From Lingula anatina (lineage: Eukaryota; Animalia; Brachiopoda), in assembly GCA_051362555.1 (NCBI GenBank), contig CM120640.1, forward strand, positions 63,094,788 through 63,158,787: a stretch of 64,000 bases of DNA, in the 5' to 3' direction. The notes below the pieces were generated by a model that saw only the letters and a program-made list of their open reading frames with translations, was not told the origin of the DNA and searched no databases. Shown piece after piece: positions 44,839 through 59,077 of this stretch. The position numbers and the translations under genes are program-made. Each line of letters starts with the position of its first letter. The first letter of the stretch is position 1.

Positions 44839-47749
44839 GGTCTACTGTGCAACTTACAAAAATGTGTACTCTTCAATTCATTCAGTTTGATTTGATTGCA
44901 TTGTTTTCTTAAAGCATATATCAGTTTCCAAGACACCAAGATATCCACAATGTTCTCAAGGCACAATTAATGGCTATCATAACTGCTCTCACCTAATCCA
45001 TTGCTAGTGCTTAACAGGCATAAAGAGATTATCAGCCTTGGGGCCACAAAACCTGTCAACCATGTGTACAATAATTATACCAAAAATGTTATGGTGCAGA
45101 AAAAGCAATCAAAACAAGGATTTTTTACATTCATCACAATCTCTTCAGATGCTGCATCACCAACTACTTTAAAATCATAGACCATTAAACTTAACCAAGA
45201 AACAAAAGGCTTCAATTCTGATCATCCATCAATTTCTCCCAAATATTATAATACACAGTCTGTCACTACCTGTACTTACTATTCTCTTTAGTAAAATGCT
45301 ACATCTTCTTCATATTCAAGGTTTTATATCAGTATATTTCTTAATGAGTCACTAAGCAGTCATTATGGTCTTTCATGTATCTTGGCTAACATGCTGACAT
45401 AATGTTAGTGGCAAACACCTCCAAGTAGAGACCTCCAAGTAATGCAGGGCAAATAAAAAAATGGGCATACAAACTAATGTCAACATGCAATTTTCAGAAA
45501 AAAATGCAAGGACCTGAAATTTGCATGAAATACTGTTTTTCAACCCAACAGAAAAAAATAAATATATAAATGAATAATCACTATTTAAATACTTTGGAAC
45601 ATACAATTGCAAATATTATTTGTACAACTGGTCAAATGTACCTATGTACTTATGAATCTAATCACATCCTCCAATATCTTTTCCAATGATAGGGCTTCTG
45701 AAGCTGCTTCCTTGAAATCTTTTGTCCTGAAGTGACCTATAATGACTTATTCAGAATGGCACCTGGTATTTCAGGCTGAGGAAATTGGGTGCAAGATAAA
45801 TACACAAATCTGCTACAATACACTTCTCTTTACAGAATGTAGAAAAAAAAATTTAAGAGGCAAAGTTTAAGGTTTTCGAGATGTTTTAACTTAAAAGTAC
45901 ATGAGCCAACTTATCTGAGAAAAAGTAATACTTTTTGATCATTCATGACTCCCTTGATTTAATGTCACCAAAAATTCTACCAAATCACCTCTTAATGAAC
46001 CTAGCCACCTTGGACCATCTTGACAAAACAACCAAGAAATCAGTGCTAGAAGTGATGGCAGAATTTGAGAAACCTATGCTTAATGGGTCAAGGACTTTTT
46101 AATTTCCACAGATTATTATGGTGAGCGTCATGAAAAAAGAATCAAAGGTTGGTTAGTTGGAGAAAAATGTTTACCCCAGGAAATTTTGTGAAGTTTGTAT
46201 GAGGGTTTTGCAGGAAAATCTTACACTAGGCACCTTTAAAGAGGTCCACATTCTTCAGCATGATAACAAATGCATCTCTGTTATATTGAAGATATGTCGT
46301 TTGTCATATGTGTCATTTTCATACACCCCCCCCTTCAAATGCCCACACTGTGGTCTATGGCACAATAAAACCATATAAACCATTCTAAACAAAACATCAC
46401 TGGTGAAAATGGTTAAATATTTCAAATTCCCTTCAGATAATTTCAAATTTCATTTTCCCCAAGGCAAATTTCTTAGAACACAACCAAAATGTGATATAGA
46501 TGTCTATATGAGCTATTGTAATAAATTGGATTTGCAGTGAAGACTAACTTAGTATGAGGAACTTCAGAAAAAGATTTAATACAACAACCTGGTCCATCAC
46601 TTCTAAGAAAGAGCAGCATATGGACAGTGCATACACTACACCACAGCTTTCTTTCAGCCAAGAAACATCGATCAATCATTCCCATAGCGATATTGCCGTG
46701 CTTATGGCCACACCAATCATACCTTGCAATCGCAGTGGGGACTTATTGAGACATAAAGGAAATGAAATCCTCCATCCTAACATCTCAGCACAGGATTAAG
46801 ATGCCAGACAAAAAGCTCTTTTGGAAGCTCTGTGGCACATTTTCCTAAAGGCATCTAAGGAAGGACTACAATGAGGTGTTGAAAATATTAACACCATTTG
46901 TAGCAATTTCATAAAACTGAAAAAAATTAAAATGACACAAAAAGAAAAAATGCTCTCAGCAAGAAAAACATCACTGACAGTTTTCTATGGATATCTTCAC
47001 ACATATTTGAAAAAGAGTTATAAAAGTACAAAATCTCCAGCAAAAAATTTAAAACAAAACATCAAAATGACTTAGGTGGTTTGTTTCAAATCACTGTGGC
47101 TATATAGCAATGGACAAATAAAAAGCATTTTATGTACAGCACATCCTCCTCTTGGGGATGAAACATATTCTGATTTGAAAACAAAACACATATCTTTGTT
47201 TGGATCAGGCTTATTTAATGTGCTTAGAGTACAAATGAAGAATTTGATACTTTGACTTCTATAACATGCCTACAGCAGGTGATGTAGCATGACTAACCTC
47301 TGTGATCTGTGGCTGGCCAAGTTGTTTCAGAAAATAAGACATCAATAAAAATTAATTTCGAAATGGACAGCAAATCTCCCTCTCTTATCTATCCAACTAT
47401 ATACAGACTAATGAAACAATTTAATAATGGATGAGAGGTATCCAGGAGGCATCTGCAAAGTTGAGAAAATGAGGTGAGAATGAGTGGCAACAGTGTTGCA
47501 TTTTGCTCTTCCTACATTTAGGCACATGCAAACTTTTCCAGCCATGAGAACACTACAAGATAAAAAATATTGAAACTGAAAAATGAAACTTGTTTTATTT
47601 ATGTTGTCTCTGCATTGCATACCATATTTATAATGCCAACATGAAGTTCTAAATTAAAATTGTCAGCACCACCATAAAACCATTGTTTGAACTGTAATAT
47701 GCATGTAAGTACGTATACATAGGTACATATGCAGGTACATATGTATGTA

Positions 47750-47935
47750 CACTGAGCAAAAATATAAATGCGCCAAGCAATACATAGAAAAATTATCAGC
47801 ATTATGGGTTACAAATATTTACATTAAATCAAACAAAGTGAATTTTGTTGTTCAATATGCTATAGATTACTGTCTGTAGCTACAAATTCCTGTCAGTAAC
47901 CTATTAAATGTTACATTTTAATTTTTTGCTCAGTG
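47750..47935. mobile_element. Tc1/mariner-derived MITE, 186 bp
   Basis: TIR CACTGAGCAAAAA (13 bp perfect, imperfect to about 21 bp), TA on both sides (47748-47749, 47936-47937), inserted in a (TATG)n tract. Confidence 0.8.
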
Positions 47936-47998
47936 TATGTATGTCCCTATCACACATTCATATTCATTTTTGATATTGAAACAAGAAAGTAAGTCTCC

Positions 47999-48028
47999 AT
48001 CTATCTATCTATCTATCTATCTATCTAC
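47999..48028. repeat. (CTAT)n microsatellite
   Basis: About 7 CTAT units. Confidence 0.9.
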
Positions 48029-51000
48029 ATTAAAAATATATTATGATCTAATCCTGTGCAACATTTATTGCAATCTCCTAAGTTAAAGTCACCTGGTGCA
48101 CACAGGTTTATCCTGTCATGAAAGACATGTTTTGGCTTTTGAGCAAAACAACAGCATGTCTAAAACACGAAGATTTTATTTGGGAAATTCTCATTTCTCA
48201 ACCTGTCTTATGATAAGATTTACCCGATTTACTAATATCTGCTGATAAAAGGTGGTTAATCTTAAAATGTACCTGTGTTTTAGTGCTTGCATGCATCAAA
48301 AGGCAGGTTCAAAGCTGTACTAATTAGGCCCTAAATGGCTTAATCAACTGATGCTGCAAGGTGGCAACATTACAATGGCTTCACAGTATCCTGTGTGATG
48401 GGTACCCCAAGTTTTCTGGTGATATCAGAAAGATTACTCATGGTTTTAGGAAATATGGGTCTAGATATACTTTAATTAACAAACTGTGTCATCACCTGCC
48501 CATATCAAGTTCCATACATGAGGTTACTGTTGCTGTGTCTTATGTTTATTCAATTGCAAATGCTTCCAAAGAGGCAACAGCTACAAAAAAGTAAGAAAAG
48601 TTGTTGACATTCTCTGTTTATGTACTATTTAATAATCCAGATTTCCACAACTGACAACTAAACACTACATGCCATGCAGCAAGAATGTTTAAGTATGGGA
48701 ACATTGGGAAGATATTAAATGGAGACTTCAAGTCAGTTCTGAATCCTATTTAATACAAGCTCTGCAGCCAGGTGCCAACTTCTATGCTTACATAACAGAA
48801 GTAAATTTTGAAAACAGTACCATCATGAGTGTTAAGAGTAATATAATGAAATGTACCCAATGGCTTATGCATTCCCTATCTTTAAAGATACACAGCTTAG
48901 CAAATGGACTTTCTGCTAAAGATAATGAACCTTTAAGGCAGGGACATGATTCTCACCTGTTTTCATATTAATGGATCGCATGTGCTTGTTGTGTTTTCCA
49001 GCACTTAAAATTGACATTTTGCCAAGTTTCTTGGGTTGTAAGTACCTATAATTAAAGGGAGATTATGCTTCTGTTGTTGACGATTTATGGTGAAATATTT
49101 GGCTTCCTATATGAACAGAAACATGGAATTTGTGTGTCCTGAACTAGCTATGTTTGGGAAATATGTAAATAAAACAAGACATCTTACCAATGGTGAACTT
49201 CCATAGTATAACATACGAGAATGGATGCTGATTTTATCAGACTGATAGAGGGAGTCCAATGAAGCATGACCTCGGGTGTGTGAAAGATAGAGGGTTAGTT
49301 ACCCAATCTCCATCTTTCTCTCCTCAGGGATTTGGGGGGGAGGGGCACCTGACTGAACCAGCATACCTGAGGGGTGACTTGTTGTAATACCTGTCACAGC
49401 AATCATTTCCAATGAAGTACGGCTGTCTGCAGATGAAATATTGGCTGGTAAATCTCAGTTAATTCTTCTATAGCTATTCACTAATGAAACTAATTACTAA
49501 GAATTCAATTTAACTAAAAGGCATGCACTTTATTCTTTTTGAAAGACTGTCACTGATAGGTCTGTGTGATCACAGATAACAGGTAACCATGACAATCAGC
49601 TCACCTGCCACTCTGACCTTTTAAGTGTCTCCAAGTGTTTTTAGTCAATTAAACTCCAATTTAGATTGGAGAGAGAGATATGACTTATACTATACAAGAG
49701 CACAGCATTATTTTTGGTATTTTTTAAAGAAGCACATGAAGGATAAAATGGAGATTCAGACTTTGCTCACATCTGTTATTAGCTCTAGTAAGCAATGAAC
49801 ACTGTAATTGTGTTTTAATGAATTCAAATTATACAGTAAGAGTATAATTTGAAGCATCATTTTTAAGTCCTGTAGTAGATAGTTATAATAACATGAGTAT
49901 TGTTTATTTAACTGTCCTACTGAGTGAGAAAACTGGAACACTGAATATCATTTTTGTTTAAAAAAGCTGCAGCACATAACCAGTTACACAACAAAATTCT
50001 ATGTAACATTATGTAATCACCCTCACTCATTCATTTGCATGGAAACAGCAGCTTGCAATCTATCTAGATTCAAAAGTGGCTTTCCCCCTAAGAGAGACAT
50101 ATTCTGATAAACTACCTTCCTATTAGAAGCCTTCACATCTTTATTGGATTTGTCCTTTTTCATCTCTTAGTCACAACAGTCTATTGGATCAGCATACCAA
50201 TGACACATGACAGTATTATTCAAATATAGCTCTGTCTAATAAGGCGGTAAGTAACTAAAACCAGCCATTCAGACTTATCATACAAAAACTTTTCTCTTCC
50301 CAGCTCTAATATTACCACAAAGACAGTTCTATGAAGAGAGAGATAAATTGATTTTTTTGCACAATTTGAGATTTTCATATGAGTCGCCTACATCCCTTGT
50401 TGTCCATCAAGTAAACAAGAAATGTTAGGTATACTTCAACATGCAATACAAAATTAAAACCTAGAAATTTGATGCCAATCACTTGAAAACATGAATTTAA
50501 CATTCTTTCATGTACATCATCTGTGGACTTTCCTCAGAATCAAATCCTAAGATGCAGTTAGAGCAGCATCATTTCAGTTGATATAAATTATGATTTTTCT
50601 TAGGCAAATATATTTATAAATAGAGGAGGAAGTTCTGTTGAATGGATCATGGCTACAAAATTTATTGTAAATAATCACCTCACATTCATCAAGTTAAAAT
50701 AATCATTATTATTTCTATTGCATATTTCCTATTCATACCATACTGTAGGCTTATTCTTCAACTTCAAGCTATATGACCACTGAAAATAGCAAGCTTCACC
50801 CTGTACGACCCTCTAAAACTAGTTATCATTCTTATTGACTGCCATCTTCCAGCCTTCTCTAACTTAAAAGTTTGAATGTGATACATAGTCAATGCAGAGT
50901 GATCTTAGTTTAAGTCCCTGAAGACCTGCCCTATTCCATCTTGATAAATCATTTGGAATAATGCATTTAAATAACAGATAATATTTGAATACCAAAAGGT

Positions 51001-52614
51001 CAATCTTTGTTAAATCTGCTGCTGTTGTAGACTCAATAATCTTAGTCATAAATGGTCATGAATAAAAATATGCTCTTCTACCACACATTTTACTAGTCAA
51101 AAACTCAAAATGTAGGTACAAATTGAAATTCAGTACTTACAGTGCTCTTATAAAAGACATAGATTAATGATGGCCATTTAAGACACACACACATACACAC
51201 ACCTGATATTTAAACAAAATCACGGAGTATGGAGCGAATTAAACAGGACTAAGTCCAGAATTCTTGATGTTTTTTCAATTAAAATACCTACATTACATTA
51301 AACATAATGTCAATATAGATGCACACAGTAACATGTCTATATTAATTTTTCCTGTGATGTTCCTAATCATGTTCCTAAGATAGCAATCTACATTAGTATC
51401 CATAGTTAACTCTTTAAAAAAAAGTAAAATTCTTGATGTCATAAAATTTCCTTTATAAACATAAATAGAATATTTTATGTAGCAAAAGTCTAGCCCAAAG
51501 TAAGATCACTGGTCGATCAATCATGCCTGTTTCATGACGCATACATTTCAGGGTTCTATTCAATATCTAATTTAGAAAGCGACATCTTATGAAGATGGGA
51601 ACAAAATTAATTTCTACCAGTATCCAACATTAGCAATGTCTCTTTTCAGTCCAAAAAATAAAATTGCATTTAATATATATACAGCTTGGTAAATGGACAA
51701 ATAAGTATACAGAAAAATATAACTTTTTTTTTCACTTTGTCTTGTCTATTGGAGGTCCCATTAGACATGAAAACCAGAATATAATAACAAAAGTCTCTTT
51801 TTGGACAAAAATTCAAAATGAGATTCAAATTGGCATGTCTTGAATTCTTATCACCCACTGTGATTAATGGAAATAAGAATCTTTTGCAGTTATTTGGACT
51901 ATCACAAAAAATTTCTTAAAACATAAATTAACCAGTCCTTTCATTAGTAATCAACTGATCATTGAATCTGATAGGTCAATAAATAATTGTTTTTTTCCAT
52001 TTCTGCAACTTTCTTTCTTTCTCAAAGCTACAGAAAATATTTAAAACTACTTGTCATCATAAAAAAACAATCATATATTGTCTACTCAAAGTTATTGGCC
52101 CTTAGCAGCTATGAGTATCATTTCATAGTAAATAAAGTTTAGTGCTTTGATTAAATCAATTTTTGATCCTCTTCCAACTTTAACATTTCATCTTCATCAC
52201 AGTTCATTTCTGGGTTATTGAATTACAAATCCAATATCAGAATACACAAATTGCCCACCGAATCATGTAATGTCAATTGCCTAGGGACTTATGAAAAATC
52301 ATTAAAATAATTAATTATTAACTTCTGACCAAATTTAACCCGCATAATTTGTGTATTATGAACTATACTTCATTGGAACAGAGTATAACTGAGATGTTAC
52401 ACAGGTGGCTACATTTTTGATATCTTTGACTTTGGCTTTCGCAAGCATGTACAAATAATATGATCATCATGCACTCAACTACATTTCACATTAGTTATTT
52501 TATCACAGACTTACATAAAATTCAACTATGTGAGATATAAATACTGGAACTAACTAAGGTCTTTCTGCATTTACATGTTTCAAACTGTTAAGCAGCCACA
52601 ACATTGAAACTTAC

Positions 52615-53484
52615 TCTGTAACCAACTGCAACTTTACCATCATGATCTTGCAACTTGCAGTGCAATCCTTCATGATGTTTTCTTGAACCAGAGCGAGATG
52701 GGCGATATTTTAGCTCAGAGGTGGAAGGAGTGTTGGGGAAGTATTGCACCCCTTTCCTGGTGTACGATGGTGGGCTACGACACGCAGGGTGATCCCATTT
52801 ATCCACCTTATTTGCCGACTGGTAATGGGAATGATGAGTGTGATGCTGGCATTGGTGGTGGTGGTGGTGGTGATGCTGTTTTTGTTCACTGTGTGCTCCC
52901 CTCTCATCTTTTCTGCCCAGGGGACTGGACTCTGCTGCTTTTGTAGCTCCCTCTGCCTTCACTTTGACTTTTGGTGTTTTTTTCTTCCGTAAACCCATCC
53001 ATAAGGTGGAAGTAGCTGACTGTGCTTCAGAAGAATCCACTAAAGTTTGACATTGTAAATCAACCTCCACAGATTTTTTAGATTTAGATGGTCTTTCACT
53101 AGATTTAGATATCCTTTTTAACAGAGAGATCCCTTTCGTTCTTTTCCGTTCTTTAGATTCCTCCACGCACAGATCTGTATGTCTGTGTTCAGGTTCTGGC
53201 TGTTCATCTGTGTGTTTACTGGTACAACAAGAGTACTGATTTGCCATTCTATCGTCTTTATTCACCATATATGTCTTCCTTTTTTCTACAGTCTTACCTT
53301 GTGCAGAGTCACCAGCTTCTGCAGTTGCGTAGGTTTTTCGCTGTTTATGTTCACTTCCACCATTGTCATAATGAGAATCTGTCAATAAAGGCTCAGAGTT
53401 TTCAATATTCTGATATGCTGTCTGTCTCCTTTTTTCATATTTCCCCCTTTTCCTGGACTCTATCAGTGCCTTCCATTTCTTCAT
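52615..53484 (-). CDS. Probable alternative first coding exon of PDE3 (290 codons, basic/His-rich, low complexity)
   Basis: 870-nt stop-free frame in AT-rich DNA, with an in-frame TGA two codons upstream of the ATG. Ends at AGA|GTAAGT donor in phase 0, matching the phase-0 acceptor at 29007. Same strand as PDE3. The join is inferred. Confidence 0.65.
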
Positions 53485-56400
53485 ATTTGTTCAATAGATC
53501 TAAGTGCGAATTACAAATAATTTACAAGTCTAACATCTTCCTACTCCCACATGACTGCAGCCAATCATCTGTGCGTCAAACCAACAGAATTCTGAGGGTT
53601 AATTTCATATATGAATACACACTAGATCATACAACATACAAAACCAACCATCTTGAGTGCCCTTGCACATGTATGTGCTTACATCATTAGGCAAACAATG
53701 CTGTATCATTTACTAAAGATAATACAGTTGCTGAAGGATACAGTCTATTATCTTTGGATTTGCACCTTTCTTAAAGAGAAAATTGATCCCCGAGCTACCT
53801 GGAAAATCAACATTGGTGGTGACAGAGTGATTTCCGCCAACAAAGAGCAGCAACCGAAAGAAGCCATCCTGCTGTCTCCTGATTATTGACAAGCATCCTT
53901 AGTAGAACTAGTTTTTGCCATTTGCCTTGTCCAAAGATATTGCATGATCTTTTCTTTTCCCATACAAGTTCTGGCAGTGAAAAAAGGGGCTGCAGAGTAG
54001 GTCAGGTCAATAGTTTGCCATTTTCTCTGCAACAGCTAAGGTGAGACGCAAGTTCTCGATCATCAGAGATTAGTTTCAAAGCATCCTCTAATCCAATCAA
54101 ATGTAGCTTGAATAGTCAGCTGAGGTAATTGCAAATTCAGCTCCCTTTGATTTTTTTCCCTTCAACTCTCCTATTCTCATCAAAGCAATGAAGGGTACGA
54201 AGAAAAACAGAGCCTGCAAGTCAAGAAACAACAACAACTGGTGTCCATGAATATTTCAGTCCCCTGATTTTACAGTATTGTCACCAAAACTCAGGGTCAA
54301 CAATCTTTAAAAATATGTATAGCTTGAATGTATTGCTCCAAAGGACAAGACCTTGTGCTGCTGCTGCTACTATATGCTACAGCATTCAGCCATTGCAGCG
54401 CGGAATCAGATTCACCAGTAGATAGCACTGCCACATTCCTGGAACTCAATCCTCTGCTGAGCTGACACAGATAATGTTGTCTGAAAACTGACAAATCTCA
54501 AGACTACATTTTGGCGAAGCCAAATCTCGTGGCCGTAATTTGGTTACTACTAATCAGAGTTTTTCCTGATTTAGATAATAACTAATAAGTGGATTTACAA
54601 AAATGGGCCTATTGACCTTTCATCCATTGGTGTAAATTTATAAGAACAAGAAAGGTCCAATGCTTAGCTTTTCATCAAGGTTAACCTATTGATCAGGGTT
54701 AAAACTGCATTGAGATTGGTTACTATCATTTGATACACAGCAAACCACACGGGTAATTACCTGCAGAGGAGATAGGTATTAAAATGTCACTGGGAATAGG
54801 GAATGGACGTTAAATACCACAGCTCTCCACATGTATGTCTTATCAAGTAAGGAAGCATTTCAAATCTTTTATTCATTCACATATATTATGCTCTAGAGAC
54901 AGTTACTGTGAAAGGCCATTTTCCACTTTTTTTTTTCAGACAAAAAGTCTAAACACAAAACATCTTATACAAAGGAATAATCCTTTTCCTGAAGTGGGTT
55001 ATAATGGCCTACGAATAAGAAACCTTTTCCAGTATTGCCTAGCACAACTAATCTTATTGCTTGTTATCATTACAATAAGAACTAATAAGTGCTTGTGCCT
55101 ACCTGAACAGAATTAATAAACTAAATGTTCTAATCCGCCACAGAGAAATGAAGAAGGGGAGAGGGTGTTGAAAAATGAAGTCCTCACAGGTATTTTGATT
55201 TGTCATCTGCATATCAAACAATTTTTGATCATTTATAGGTGTAATTAAGTTTTTGTGTCATACGTGGACACATTTGTTTCAATTATGCAACATTTTGTTA
55301 AGAGACACACAATTAATTTTCTAAAACTCCAAATTTCCATCTCTTTTTCTAGGCATTGTCAAGATTAATTCAACTGTTATTTTTCTTAGCTCTACTTTGA
55401 TATGACTGCCCACATTCAATCCAATTATAGGAAAAAGAAAGCTTCCTGTTGTGCTGTTTTTAAGATTCTTGTGACACATGAAGAAGTGAAGAGATAATCA
55501 TGAGCCATTAGGCTTACCACAGACACAAATGTGACACATATCAAAATTTAAGTAAAAAGGCACCAGCAGGCCATACAACTTCATTTATCCCCCCTCAAAA
55601 ATTAACAATGATAAAATAAAAAATAAAATAACTAAATAAAACCACACACACACAACAAACTTTTTTTATTTAATCTCCAATTACAGTGTCTATAAGGATT
55701 TTCCTTTAATTTAAGTCTACAGTTCTCTATCATCTAAGAGGCAACATTTATCTTCCTTAATGGCAGAACTTGTGAAAAAATCCCAATAATGAAATAAAGT
55801 GAGTGATTGTTTCATCAAACATTCCAAGTTCTTTTATGCTTGGCTTGCATTATTCAAACCTAGTGGGAATAGGAACTCATCAATAGCACGTCATGGTTAG
55901 CCTTTTCCATTGGGCAAGCTATGGACATAACATATTTGTAACACATGCAATGCAACTTTGAAATTCAATACTGTGACCTAGTTTCAACATTGCAAAAAGA
56001 AAAAAAAAAGAAAGAAAAGGAAATTAGGGCATGGGATTATAAAACTGACACTGTCAGTATCCTGCTATGGGTAAAGGAATCACCACAAATGAGCATTTTA
56101 GTACACAGCCATATTTAAAACTGCTACTTCAAAAAATAAAAAAATAAATAAATCTTGATCAATTGGTGCTAACTAATGGAGGTTACAAAACAGGAAACCT
56201 GCATGGTGGAATTCCCATTATTCTATCTTGTTCTCATGAATAATTTCAATATGGTTTGGCAAAAAAGAAATAATAATCCAGCAAGGTCTGACTTTCACTG
56301 CATTGCAATTATTGTGCCTGTGCTAACTTAATTGTTTTTTGGCTGCATTTTCAGTTAGGTTTTGATGGCTTCCAATAAAGTGCATGCTATCTCAGCATAA

Positions 56401-56728
56401 TATGATTTCTTAACATTGGAAGCCAATCTAAAAGCAAGACTTAACTCAATTATAATAGCGTCTGTAGGACAGAGATTAGACAGTCTTCCTATGGTTAGAA
56501 ATTGTAAAGATATTACCTGTTCAAAGAGAACATACCTTGTTATTCAGCTATCACAAAATCATTAAAAATGTCTTTAAACACTTTTTTTCTGAGAATGTAT
56601 ATCTGCACCTCCACGATACTGGGTAACAGCAGGGGGTGATCATCTTTGAATTACAATTCATGCAAAAGGGGATGGACTTGTCTTATTACAACGAACAATT
56701 TTATGTTTCCAAACATTGCATTGCTGTT

Positions 56729-56966
56729 TAATTAATTCTCGGCTGAGCTTCTGATGCCTGGACACATGCGCAGAAGTATTTCTAAACTGTGGAGTTCATC
56801 AGTTTGCACTTATATCTGTCGTGTGTATATGGAGCTCATCTTCTTCGTCTTGTTGTTGCACAAAATCGACAAACACATTTTTCAAAGCAACCGCGACCGC
56901 CATTTACTTTCTCTCTTACTTCCTACTGCCCATGAATCTCCTCCGAGCGCAGCCGAGAATTAATTA
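56729..56966. mobile_element. MITE-like element with 17-bp inverted ends
   Basis: TAATTAATTCTCGGCTG (56729-56745) and CAGCCGAGAATTAATTA (56950-56966); CpG-richer interior. Confidence 0.55.
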
Positions 56967-57685
56967 CAGCTTTGGAAGCTTAACTCGCTCGCCCTGCCAG
57001 TAATTACGCTGCAGGGTATTCAGGGCACAGACCGTTATCACAAGATACCACCAATAGATTTTTAGAAAATAGATTTTTCATGTGAATGGTCCCTAAAACA
57101 GGGCTTAAATCTGGGACACAGACATACCACTCCGTTTTGCAGCTTTACGTTATGGAAAAGAAAGTTCTCAGAATAGCATTTTCATGTTTTTGGTCATCTC
57201 AGGGATCATTTACGGCACACACACTAGAGAAAAACAAAAATTGCTCTTCATCACAAATTGATGGGTGAGGAAAATGGGTTGTTGTGCTATCATTTCCACT
57301 CTCAACTGCAGTACAAAGTATTATCTCCCATACACGTAAACTATACAAATCATTAAATTTTGGGATTTGAATACATGAAATACGCTCTGCTTTTCATAAA
57401 ACAACAATGTGTTAGGAAATCCTGTCATCTGAGCGTGTAATCACAGATGTTATGACCCAATCCTGTTTTGTTTCCTCCATACTTGCAGGACAACGAAACC
57501 ACAGCTAGTGTGTAGTTTCGTTTCCCCATTTAGATTTGGCCAGGGACTTAGCGTAAGGAGTGGAGATTTCCACTGATGATGTAATGACCTGGTCACATGA
57601 ATATTAAATGAGACTAATTAAATTAGCTATACCCAGTCCCAACTTTTTGGCATGTAACTCACGAAAAATGACTTCATGTCATCAT

Positions 57686-58003
57686 TGCTTTCCCAACTCT
57701 GTGAAGTTAAGTGAACTCTTCCCTGATAATTTTTATATGCGTTTAATGTCACATTTTCCCAACTTTATGAATATGAAGCAAAATACGATGTATATTATAA
57801 ACGGAAAGCGTGTACACAAAAGACGATTTCATGTCATTGCTGTTTAACCGCCGATTCAGGATTGCAGCGTGCTTTCCCAACTATGTGAAGTGAAGTGTAC
57901 TCTTCCCCGATAATTTTTGTATGTGTTTAATTTACCATTTTCCAAACTTCATGAATATAAAGCAAAATATGATGCATATTTTAAGCGGAAAGGGTGCTCA
58001 CAA
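57686..58003. repeat. Diverged direct repeat, 134-bp unit, period 184 bp
   Basis: 57686-57819 versus 57870-58003, colinear with scattered substitutions. Confidence 0.85.
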
Positions 58004-58773
58004 GATCAGTTGCCTATGTCCCAATGTTGTTACCCAGTATCGTGGATGTCCAGATATATGAGTGCTGCATAAGACCCCAGAGTATACAATTTCCAGACAT
58101 TATTCAGATAATTAGAAAGATAATGAAATGTATGGTTATTTAAGAAGCAAGACACTAGTATGGCATTTAGAAGCAGTCCACAGAGAATACCAAACACAGA
58201 CAGAAAAAGAAATACCTGGCATTGGGGCATATTATTAGAAATGAGCATGGAATGCAAAGGATGGTAAAATCAGATAAGACTTCCTCAGAAAAACTTAGTT
58301 CCGTGACATAAATGATGGACTTTGATCCAGCACAGAGATTAAACAGACATGAGAATAGAATAACCTGGAACCCACGGCAGGAAAACAGCCATCTCAAGGT
58401 TCACATTATTTAGCAGTAATTCAGAACTTAGTTTACTCATTTATCTCCTTCATCAGAAAAAAAAAACTTGTTTTAAAAGTACATTTTAAATATCACAGAC
58501 AGTAAATAAAAAACTTTACTTGCCAAATGTATCTTAGTTCTGTATTCAGTACAGGTCTTTACGAACTGACTGGCAGATCACAGATTTTGTCCCTGTACAT
58601 CAGAGACAAAAAAAAAAAAAGGCTGATGGTCAAGTCAGAAATAGACAAGTAGTCATTTATCAATTCTCCCTTTTTAAGCAACTCAAACCTATGCTACAAG
58701 AAGTATAAGAAAAAATTGCTACAACTCTCTATCAGACTGACAAGGAATGCAAGTAAGACTACCCACAAATATC

Positions 58774-59077
58774 AGGCAGCATTCACATCGAGTTGAGCCA
58801 TGGCTCTACAAAGCCACGACCTAAATATGGTGGACGTACATGAAAGGAAAACCGCCTAATCTTTTAATAGTCTCTCCGTCTCTCACACGCCTCCCTACGC
58901 GTCGTCCCTGCGGGGGTACAGTCATTAAATCTCGGCTCCATTCGCCCGGAAGCTGGGGAGGCGTGTGAGAGGCAGAGAGACTATTAAAAGATTAGGCGGT
59001 TTTCTTTTCATGTATGTCCGCCATATTTAGGTCGTGGCTTTGTAGAGCCATGGCTCAACTCGATGTGAATGCGGCCT
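58774..59077. mobile_element. Foldback/long-TIR non-autonomous element (122-bp arms, 60-bp spacer)
   Basis: 58774-58895 is the reverse complement of 58956-59077 with 6 mismatches counted by eye; no exact TSD recognised. Confidence 0.85.

Noticed and set aside
33600-49610. Other minus-strand donor-like sites (about 33606, 34196, 48957, 49604)
   Set aside because: Wrong phase, or an in-frame stop with no ATG; cannot be supported as coding exons, though non-coding exons are not excluded.
52683-53690. Plus-strand ORFs opposite the 290-codon exon
   Set aside because: Antisense shadows of the (CAC)n-containing minus-strand exon.
57686-58003. Repeat-spacer-repeat pattern considered as CRISPR-like or regulatory array
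   Set aside because: Only two long diverged units in a eukaryotic intron; simple local duplication or transposon-internal repeat.
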